Positions 39,032 to 46,151 of a stretch of 64,000 nt of DNA are shown here, in pieces; position 1 is the stretch's first letter; the number at the start of each line of letters is the position of its first letter. Position numbers and translations under genes: made by a program. The notes beneath the pieces were generated by a model. That model saw only the letters and a program-made list of their open reading frames with translations, was not told where the DNA came from and searched no databases. The DNA is from Prevotella sp. (lineage in GTDB: Bacteria; Bacteroidota; Bacteroidia; Bacteroidales; Bacteroidaceae): assembly GCA_050946435.1 (NCBI GenBank), contig JBMNUU010000008.1:13213-77212 (forward strand). The letters run 5' to 3'.

Positions 39032-40347
39032 ACGATAAATGGATGAAAGACCTGCGGAAACTGGGCGACGACTATACGAAGACGCCGCCCGAAGGGTTGC
39101 TCGACGACATCAAACGAGAGATGGCGGCGCGCGGACTCCATGTTGAGCCTCGGCGCAGGGCCGCCATCGTGCCCCTGTGGCGACGCATCGCCATTGCGGC
39201 CGGCATAGCTGCTATCCTCGGCGTGGCAACACTAAACTATATATCGCATCCTGACGACACGAAGCCAGTGGCTTCTCGGATGCAGAACGGGTCGGAGTCG
39301 ACTCCCCAGACCGGTGCGGAAAGCGCCGAGACCATAGAATCGGTAACAACCGGTGATGGCACCGAATGGACGGAACGCACGTGGCAAAACACGAACGGCA
39401 GGGCGCAACGCAGCACCAGCGGCAGTCTGCTGGCTGCCATCGACAACGGCAATACGGCAGCAAAGACGAACGAAAGTGGGCAGACCGACGCGACCAACTG
39501 GGACCGTCAGGTGGAAAGCGATCGGCCGAAGAGCGATGCGCCATCCAGTGACAGTGGGCAACAGAAGGTTGCCAAGACCAACAAGCAGCGGTCTCGGACC
39601 ACGCCACAGACTACAAAACGCTACACCACAGACCGACGCCCGACTTATCGCAACACCTCCCAGCAGGAGCGGTGGAGCTTCGCCGCCCGCTATTCGGGAG
39701 CAATAGCCATGAACACAGCGAATGCTGGCCCCACAGGCATGACCATGATGTCGGATCCCAACGTCATCCCCACACTACTGAAGCTGTCGGAGGAGGATGC
39801 GAGAAGGCTTCAGACGGCCGACGTGCCGCCTGTAAAGCATGAGAAACACCACCGCCCCATCAAGGTGGGCGTATCCGTGCAATATCGGCTGAACGATCGG
39901 TGGAGCCTGCAGACGGGACTCACCTATAGCCGACTCACCTCCGACTTTACAGAGGAAGCCGTGTCATACACTGAGACCACGAATCAGAAACTCCACTATG
40001 TGGGTGTGCCTGTCAGCGTGAGCTACAGCGTGTGGCGCAATAATAACGTCAATGTCTACGTCAAGGCCGGCGGCGAGGTGGAGAAGCTCGTCAAAGGGAG
40101 CGCCTCCACCAGTCGCACAGACGAACAGGGTGAGCAGTCGTCACACTCGGCCGACGTCCACGAGCACCGTCCCGTGTTCAGCACCCATGCCGCTGCCGGC
40201 GTGGAATATCAGGTGGGCAAAGTGGTTGGCATCTTTGCAGAGCCGGGCATGGAGTACTATATAAAGAATGGGAGTGGCGTGAAGTCTTCCTACACCGACA
40301 AACCGTTCAACGTCAATCTGAACGTGGGATTGAGAGTAAACCTTTAG
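39028..40347 (+). CDS. Anti-sigma-like membrane protein fused to a C-terminal outer-membrane beta-barrel (porin-family) domain
   Basis: Translationally coupled to the sigma gene. It has a short N-terminal cytoplasmic segment, one TM (IAIAAGIAAILGVATL), a ~170-aa low-complexity T/S/Q/R-rich linker, then a beta-barrel-like region (VGVSVQYRLNDRWSLQTGLTYSRL ... FNVNLNVGLRVNL). Confidence 0.75.
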   Translation: MNDKWMKDLRKLGDDYTKTPPEGLLDDIKREMAARGLHVEPRRRAAIVPLWRRIAIAAGIAAILGVATLNYISHPDDTKPVASRMQNGSESTPQTGAESAETIESVTTGDGTEWTERTWQNTNGRAQRSTSGSLLAAIDNGNTAAKTNESGQTDATNWDRQVESDRPKSDAPSSDSGQQKVAKTNKQRSRTTPQTTKRYTTDRRPTYRNTSQQERWSFAARYSGAIAMNTANAGPTGMTMMSDPNVIPTLLKLSEEDARRLQTADVPPVKHEKHHRPIKVGVSVQYRLNDRWSLQTGLTYSRLTSDFTEEAVSYTETTNQKLHYVGVPVSVSYSVWRNNNVNVYVKAGGEVEKLVKGSASTSRTDEQGEQSSHSADVHEHRPVFSTHAAAGVEYQVGKVVGIFAEPGMEYYIKNGSGVKSSYTDKPFNVNLNVGLRVNL

Positions 40348-40350
40348 TAT

Positions 40351-40560
40351 AATTCACAATTCACAATTCATAATTCACAATTGGGCTGCGCGATGGGGAA
40401 GAAATCGCAATTCACAATTCATAATGCAAAATTCACAATTGGGCTGCGCGATGGGGAAGAAATCGCAATTCACAATTCATAATGCAAAATTCACAATTGG
40501 GCTGCGCAATGGCAATTCACAATTCATAATGCATAATTGGCTGCTATAGGGGACTTACGT
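40351..40560. repeat. Heptamer-module repeat with 58-bp tandem duplication, starting 4 nt after the anti-sigma stop
   Basis: aattcac aattcac aattcat aattcac aattgggctgcgcgatgg. The 58-bp unit (aattcacaattgggctgcgcgatggggaagaaatcgcaattcacaattcataatgcaa) starts at 40372 and 40430 as perfect copies. A partial third unit starts at 40488. Degenerate palindromic boxes follow at ~40615-40640 and 40756-40806. Confidence 0.9.
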
Positions 40561-40649
40561 ATTGTGCGTCCGAAAAATCAATATATCCACGCAATATCTA
40601 TTCGAACGAAACGAATGCACGGGCCATACATCCCTACAGTGGAATGACG

Positions 40650-40683
40650 AAAACTCCCCTCACGTCGCGGCGTGAGGGGAGTT
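40650..40683 (-). terminator. Rho-independent terminator for the 729-aa lipoprotein gene (possibly bidirectional)
   Basis: Perfect 11-bp GC-rich stem CTCCCCTCACG (40654-40664) / CGTGAGGGGAG (40671-40681) with a 6-nt loop. On the minus strand it is followed by TTTTC (the A4 at 40650-40653). On the plus strand it is followed by TTGTTGTTG. Confidence 0.7.
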
Positions 40684-40832
40684 GTTGTTGCTCCATTCCT
40701 GATGGGGCGCTTATTACATTTCATCCCTTTCGGAATCTCATTCGAAATGAAACGGATGCATGGGCCGTTGACCTGCCGGACGCACGGGCCGTGCGTCCCT
40801 ACAATGGTGGCAATTCATACCAATGAAAACAG

Positions 40833-43022
40833 TTAAATCGGACCGTGACCGTTGGGCAAATCGAAATCGTAGGTCCCGTCTATGTTTATCTCGAATTTCC
40901 GTCCGTCTCGCGTTCCCGTGGCATGAACTTCCACCTTGGCCGTAATTCTGTCAAGACCTTCATGCAGGGGTGTTTCATGAAGAACAGTTATCTTCATCCA
41001 GCTGTCGGCATCAAACAGCCCGTCGTCGCTGCCCCAGCTCACTCCGGCATCTGTCGACTTGTCGTACCACCCCAGGCGCCAGTTGGCTTCACCCTCGGCC
41101 GGTGCTCCTTCATTCACGGCAAGGTCTATGCGCTTGTTGAGATGTCGGTTGAAATCGAGGTAGAGGCCAAGGTTCTTCCAGGTTTGTTCAAAGATTAATC
41201 CCTGTCGGGAGTTTGGATCTATGATTCCGCGAGTAAACTGGATGTCCTCACCGTTGAACACAGCATGGTCCGGTGTGTCGTCGGGCCGCATCTGGAAATC
41301 GTGAACCACGTCTACATCTATCTTGTAGCTCTTTCCGTCGCGGGTAGCCGTAGCGTGGACTTCCAGTTTATATTTGCCGTTGGGACCCTCGAGCGGGGTT
41401 AACTTCATCCAGCTGTCTTCCTCAAACCAGCCGTCCTTTCCTCCCCAATATCTACTATTATCTTTATTGTCAAATGCGATATATAAGATCGGAGTTTCAC
41501 TTCCCGACGAAAGGTCAATGCGTCGGCCAAAGTAATCGGGTAGGTTGAGATCGAAACTCATCCTAAGATGCTGTGTGCCACCGATAACACGTTGTTCCAA
41601 ATCCAAATCATATTGATTGGGGATCCAGTGTGTATTGAAGAAGAATGTGAAACCATCCGCTGCATCCGTGCAGTTGAATACGTAGTCCGCCGATGGGAGG
41701 GAAACAACTTGGAAGGGTTGACCCACATTCACGTCTATCAGGTATTTCTTTCCGTCGCGGGTGGCCGTCGCATGGATTTGCAGACCGATGTTGCGACTTG
41801 GAAGTACGGGAGCTTTCAAACTTCCACCGCGTGACTTGCGGGGAGCGCCGACGGGTGGAGCGAGGCTTATCTGCATCCAGCTGCCGGCATCGAAGAGCCC
41901 GTTGACTTCGTTCCATCGCGTTTCGTTGCCTTCCTCGTCGATCAGCGACACGCCCCTGTCGGGATGTCCCGCAAGAGGATTGTCTTCCGCCACGGAAAGG
42001 TCTATGCGACCGGAAACTCCATACCCATCGCCGGTAGGAAGGGGCGTAATGTCAAGGACGAGCTTCTTTCCGTCTTTCACTAAAGTCAGCCGATCATAAG
42101 AACGTTCAGATGGAGGTATATATAGATTAGTTTCCATTATAGCTTCGTCTGCTGCACCGTTGCAGAGGAACACGACGTCGGCATCGGGCACGATGGAACC
42201 GCCGCCACCGATGGCTGCCCGGATCTCATCAAGTTTCTGCAAGAGCATCTCGAGGGCTTTGGCTGCCCCGACGGCACCGAGTGCCAACGACTGCTTGAGC
42301 CCGTTGATGGTTTCCACGGCCTGCGTAACCTGTGTTGCGAGCGTTGCCTGCGAGGTACCCATCGCCTCAAGCTGAGTCGCGATAGACTCCAGACCCGTCA
42401 CGGCCGCGTCGAACTTCTCGCTGTAGTCGGGCAGTCCCTCAACAACGCCCGTGAGCACGTCGAGTTTGCGCCCGAAGTCGAGCGTCTGGGCATTCATCGC
42501 ACCCTCGATGGCCGTGAGCCTGACCGACAGCATGTCGTTCATGGCCGTGAGCACGGCGATGATTCCCTGCTGCTTGTCCACCTGACTGCTGTCCATTTGG
42601 TCGACAGCGATAGTAAACTTGCCCGCCAGATCCTCCAGCTTGACAGTCTGGTTGTTGAGCGCTTGCTCCAGGAGCGCGAACTTGCTCTCCAGCGAGAGCG
42701 TCTGCGACTGCATCGAGCCGTCGAGGGCCGCGAGTTTGGTCTCCAGCGTGACGTTCACGGCGTTGAGCACGTCCGTGACGGTTTGCAGCTTGCCGGCCTG
42801 GTCGGTGTTCATCTTGTCGATGGCTTTAGCGATGGCCTCGATGGCGGCCTCATTCTTGAGCGTGCCGTTGTTGATGGCATCCACCACCTTCGTAAAATCG
42901 TTGATGACCGATACGTTTATGGTATAGTCAATCTCGGGTGCGTCCTCCTGGCACGAGGTAAGGAACACGGGCGTCGCCAGCAGCATGAGGATGGCGAACA
43001 TCATGAATTTCATTCGTTTCAT
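40833..43022 (-). CDS. Large surface lipoprotein: N-terminal coiled-coil region plus three ~140-aa tandem beta-rich domains (no family recognised)
   Basis: Lipoprotein signal MKRMKFMMFAILMLLATPVFLTSC. Coiled-coil repeats include DVLNAVNVTLETKLAALDGSMQSQTLSLESKFALL and AVLTAMNDMLSVRLTAIEGAMNAQTLDFGRKLDVL. Three domain repeats end in IQIHATATRDGKKYLIDVNV, LEVHATATRDGKSYKIDVDV and VEVHATGTRDGRKFEINIDG. Each is preceded by a RIDL..., a (LFDA/WFEE)xSWM(K/Q)(I/L) motif. Confidence 0.75.
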   Translation of the reverse strand: MKRMKFMMFAILMLLATPVFLTSCQEDAPEIDYTINVSVINDFTKVVDAINNGTLKNEAAIEAIAKAIDKMNTDQAGKLQTVTDVLNAVNVTLETKLAALDGSMQSQTLSLESKFALLEQALNNQTVKLEDLAGKFTIAVDQMDSSQVDKQQGIIAVLTAMNDMLSVRLTAIEGAMNAQTLDFGRKLDVLTGVVEGLPDYSEKFDAAVTGLESIATQLEAMGTSQATLATQVTQAVETINGLKQSLALGAVGAAKALEMLLQKLDEIRAAIGGGGSIVPDADVVFLCNGAADEAIMETNLYIPPSERSYDRLTLVKDGKKLVLDITPLPTGDGYGVSGRIDLSVAEDNPLAGHPDRGVSLIDEEGNETRWNEVNGLFDAGSWMQISLAPPVGAPRKSRGGSLKAPVLPSRNIGLQIHATATRDGKKYLIDVNVGQPFQVVSLPSADYVFNCTDAADGFTFFFNTHWIPNQYDLDLEQRVIGGTQHLRMSFDLNLPDYFGRRIDLSSGSETPILYIAFDNKDNSRYWGGKDGWFEEDSWMKLTPLEGPNGKYKLEVHATATRDGKSYKIDVDVVHDFQMRPDDTPDHAVFNGEDIQFTRGIIDPNSRQGLIFEQTWKNLGLYLDFNRHLNKRIDLAVNEGAPAEGEANWRLGWYDKSTDAGVSWGSDDGLFDADSWMKITVLHETPLHEGLDRITAKVEVHATGTRDGRKFEINIDGTYDFDLPNGHGPI

Positions 43023-43056
43023 ATCATTATTTTTTAGAATTGGTTTATACGCTTTG

Positions 43057-44388
43057 CTATCTCTCTTCCCGCTCCACGGTGATCGTCACGCGGCGACCCT
43101 CGGCGGCCGGCTTGCCCCTTTGCGAGCCGATGGCCGTCTGCGGATGCAGGTCCTCACGGGCGATGCCCGCTCTGACGAGGGCCCTCACCACGACGTCGAG
43201 GCGACGCTCCGAGAGCCGCTGGTTGTAGCGGTCGGTGCCCGGCGTGCTGGCCTCGGCCACGAGCGAGAGCTTCTTGCCGTGCACGTGGCGGGCGAAGTCG
43301 CGCAGGCGCGCGGTCTCCTCACGGCTCATCGTGGCGCTGTTGTGGGCAAACTGCACGTAGTGGGCAATGGTCTTCACGGCGGCGGTGGGTGCTGCCGTGC
43401 GCTGTTGCTCACAGTCGGCGAGGCGGCGTTGCAGCTCATCGTTGCGCGACTGCCACTGCGCACGGTCGGTCTCGGCCTTGCGTCTCATGGTCTCGTTCTC
43501 ACGCTGCAGGGCGTTCACCCGCTCGTTGAGTGCTGCCACGTCGCCCTCATAGCGGCGCTGCAGCGCACGGCTGCGGCCCGCCACGAAGTTATAGCGCACC
43601 GTGGCCAGGGCCAGGAAGAGGTTTTCCGGCGCGAGGTCGCCGCGGTTGAGCAGCCAGTCGGCCTCGCCCTTCACGCCCACGGTGAACTGTCGGCTCACGT
43701 CGGCCTCGATGTGCAACGAGGCCGGGATGTAGGGCTTGTTGAAATGCTCGTGGCGGTTGGCGCTGCACACCTGACCCGTGATGGTCACCGTGCTCTCGTT
43801 GCCGACGGTCTCGCCCCCCGTGAGGGGCACCGTCTCGCCGTGTTCCGTCTTCGTGGTGCTGAAACGGATGTCATACTCGTTGCCCTTGGCAAAGGTGTAG
43901 CCGAAGCCCGTGCCCACCCAGATGTTGAGCCACTGCGCACGGCGGCGCGGCCACAGCTCCATGAAGTTGAACGCCACGCCGAGTTTGGCGTTGTGGTAGT
44001 TCATCAGGTAATTGCCGTAGGCCTTCATCGGGCCGGTCGTCGTCTCGAGCTTCGAGAAGCGTTGCTCGCGGCGGTAGCGGGACCAAAGGTACTCCGCGCC
44101 GACGCGCACCCAGGGACGGATGGTGAAGTCCACCCCACCGCCGACGGCGGGAGAGAGTTTGTAGCTGCGCTTGGCATCGATGTTCTCATACCATACGCCC
44201 GTAGCCCAGGACAGGCCGCCCTGGCCGTAGACGCTCCACGTGCCCGTGCGCAGCTCGCTGTTCCACCCCTGTGGAGACTGGGCCCGCGCCCCGACGGCGA
44301 CGAGGGAGCAGAGCAGCAGGAGAAGACTCCCCCGTGCCCACGCACCGCCGCATAGCGGAATGAGCGGTTTCGTTCGTCTGTTGTTCAT
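43057..44388 (-). CDS. OmpA-family protein: N-terminal beta-barrel-like region, coiled-coil linker and C-terminal OmpA peptidoglycan-binding domain
   Basis: C-terminus VQFAHNSATMSREE...ASTPGTDRYNQRLSERRLDVVVRALVRAGI is OmpA_C-like. The linker is coiled-coil (VAALNERVNALQRENETMRRKAETDRAQWQSRNDELQRRLADCEQQ). The likely start is ATG 44386-44388 (MNNRRTKPLIPL...); the ORF track extends to 44454. The gene is very GC-rich. Confidence 0.85.
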   Translation of the reverse strand: MNNRRTKPLIPLCGGAWARGSLLLLLCSLVAVGARAQSPQGWNSELRTGTWSVYGQGGLSWATGVWYENIDAKRSYKLSPAVGGGVDFTIRPWVRVGAEYLWSRYRREQRFSKLETTTGPMKAYGNYLMNYHNAKLGVAFNFMELWPRRRAQWLNIWVGTGFGYTFAKGNEYDIRFSTTKTEHGETVPLTGGETVGNESTVTITGQVCSANRHEHFNKPYIPASLHIEADVSRQFTVGVKGEADWLLNRGDLAPENLFLALATVRYNFVAGRSRALQRRYEGDVAALNERVNALQRENETMRRKAETDRAQWQSRNDELQRRLADCEQQRTAAPTAAVKTIAHYVQFAHNSATMSREETARLRDFARHVHGKKLSLVAEASTPGTDRYNQRLSERRLDVVVRALVRAGIAREDLHPQTAIGSQRGKPAAEGRRVTITVEREER

Positions 44389-44456
44389 ATTCGTTTTCTT
44401 TAAAGGGTTAATACTATCAGAGGATGTGTGGCGCGCCCCATCGGCGACAAGCACTG

Positions 44457-44717
44457 CTACAGCAGGGTGCCGGTGAAGAGGCTCACGATGCGCTGCCAGA
44501 GTGTGCGGTGCGACGGATGTTGGACAGGCGGCTCGCGCCCCGTGTCTTCGGGTGGCCGACAGGCAGCATCGGGCGTATCGCCGAGTGGCGCTCTGCGGTG
44601 CTCCAATTCGTCACTGACCAATTCGCGAATGGTGTCGAGCAGCTCAAATCGGTCTTCCGAATATTGCATATTACGGTGCTGCCGAGACACCTTCTTGGAA
44701 GTTTTCCGCCGTTTCAT
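44457..44717 (-). CDS. Small hypothetical protein (weak call)
   Basis: 86-aa ORF with ATG at 44715-44717, ending just upstream of the OmpA-like gene on the same strand. The N-terminus is basic (MKRRKTSKKVSRQHR). No motif recognised. A TAnnTTTG-like box (minus strand, 44795-44802) lies upstream. Confidence 0.3.
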   Translation of the reverse strand: MKRRKTSKKVSRQHRNMQYSEDRFELLDTIRELVSDELEHRRAPLGDTPDAACRPPEDTGREPPVQHPSHRTLWQRIVSLFTGTLL

Positions 44718-44896
44718 ATTGCTCGAGTTTACTGTTTTGATATTGCTGCCTCAAAGTTAGGGCGCCCACGCTGAAAGGGCATGGCATATCCTGCCAAAAA
44801 TAGGTCATTATCGGACTTTCTGCATTTTTCGCATCTGTCATTATCGGCCATCCATATCGCATAACCCGTTGATATGCCGACGGTTAGCAGTGACAG

Positions 44897-45246
44897 TTTT
44901 TTACAATTCATAATTCATAATTTACAATTCATAATTTGGCTGACGCGGTGGGGATTTACAATTGGCTGCTGTACGGCACGTGCGTCCGTATCATTTCGGA
45001 TGGATGTTGCGTGGATGTATCGGTTGATGGATGCATGGGCCGTGCGTATGCCGTTCGTTTTTGGTAAACGTTTTGTCGTACGTTTTGTTAGACGCGCGGG
45101 CCGTGTGTCCCTACAATTGTTTATAGAAAATGGTGCATTGTAAATCCCCACCGCGTCAGCCAAATTGTGAATTGTAAATTGTGAATTATGAATTGCCATC
45201 GCGTTAGCCCATTGTAAATTGAAAATTGTGAATTGTGAATTAAAAT
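44897..45246. repeat. Palindromic composite repeat (heptamer modules facing each other around palindromic boxes); contains a perfect 30-bp inverted repeat
   Basis: aatttggctgacgcggtggggatttacaat (44934-44963) is the exact reverse complement of attgtaaatccccaccgcgtcagccaaatt (45137-45166). Heptamers ttacaattcataattcataatttacaattcataatt lie on the left and ttgtgaattgtaaattgtgaattatgaatt ... gtgaattgtgaattaaaatt on the right. The interior has gcatgggccgtgcgt and gacgcgcgggccgtgtgtccctacaattg boxes. Confidence 0.9.
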
Positions 45247-45575
45247 TACCAAATTCTGATGATTATTTTCGGACCATCCAGCGTAAAAAAGGCTATGTTT
45301 TTGGCATAAAATTCGGTCGGCCAAACGGGAAAAATTCGGGGGCGGTGCGATGGGGGCTTAACCATCACACCATTGAGGCTTGACGGCGATGCGATGCAAC
45401 CGTCATCGCATCGCGATTGGAGCTTTACCGCTCTGGCATTAGATAGCAAACCGCAGGTGATCAAATGGAGGGCGGATAGGCAATTTTTGAAAACTGATGA
45501 TTATCAGCGGGTTACAAATCCCCGCAAAATTCATGAATTTCGGGGCGACACAAAATGATTTTCAAATATGCGAAG
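45241..45575 (-). repeat. Family D dispersed element, diverged copy 4
   Basis: Colinear by eye with 63632-64000. Examples: taaaattaccaaatt vs aaaatataattaccatttt; attattttcgga vs attattttcgaga; aaaaaaggcta vs aaaaaaggacta; gcattagatagcaa vs gccgttagatactcaa; gattatcagcgggttacaaat vs aactgtcagctatttacaaaat. More diverged than copies 2 and 3. Confidence 0.5.
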
Positions 45576-45640
45576 CACGGAGGGGTGTTTGTCAAGAAAA
45601 ATGGCACTGAAGTCCCCACGAGTGCCAGATAATTCGGGCA

Positions 45641-45896
45641 GGGGGACAGGACGGATAAATCGGACCTGTCGGACCTGTCAGACTTGTCAGACCATGTCGG
45701 ACCAGTCCGACCAGTCCGACCAGTCCAACCCACGAGCCGCGCAACATTACACTGCGCAGCCAAATTGTGAATTAAAAATTATGAATTATGAATTATCACC
45801 GCGCAGCCCAATTGTGAATTAAAAATTGTGAATTGTGAATTATCACCGCGCAGCCTAATTGTGCATTGAAAATTGTGAATTGTGAATTAAAAAAAC
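45641..45896. repeat. Composite intergenic repeat (9-mer array + three heptamer modules), inverted relative to the copy at 48947
   Basis: ggacaggacggataaatcgg, then gacctgtcggacctgtcagacttgtcagaccatgtcggaccagtccgaccagtccgaccagtcc, then cccacgagccgcgcaacattacactgcgcagccaaattgtgaatt. Two further modules follow (..caccgcgcagcc.aattgtg.att...), ending gtgaattaaaaaaa. Confidence 0.88.
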
Positions 45897-46151
45897 GTTA
45901 GTTTTTTTTGCCTTTTTCTCGAATATTGCGTAACTTTATGCCATGAACCCCTCATGAGGTGAAATTCGGGTTTTATCCCCCTAAATCCCATCTAAGGTAT
46001 CCAGCTATGGATTATCATATAATTTCATATTCATGCCTATAATCTCATATCCATGCTCCAGCTAATCAACAAGGTTTTCGGGCCGCCATATCATCCCTGT
46101 GAGCTTCTCCAAGCCTTGATGAGGAGCGAGACGCGCCATCCCCTGCTTGCC

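Noticed and set aside
40351-40560. The heptamer, 58-bp and 46-bp tandem repeats as a second CRISPR array
   Set aside because: There are no unique spacers between units; the units are directly tandem or separated by other conserved modules. No adjacent cas genes are present. The repeats occur scattered in both orientations.
38400-44500. A discrete GC-rich genomic island covering the sigma operon, the lipoprotein and the OmpA-like gene
   Set aside because: Spot counts give ~60% G+C for the sigma, lipoprotein and regulator genes. Some uvrB and RND lines reach similar values. Only the OmpA-like gene is a clear outlier by hand counting, so the island claim needs a computed GC profile.
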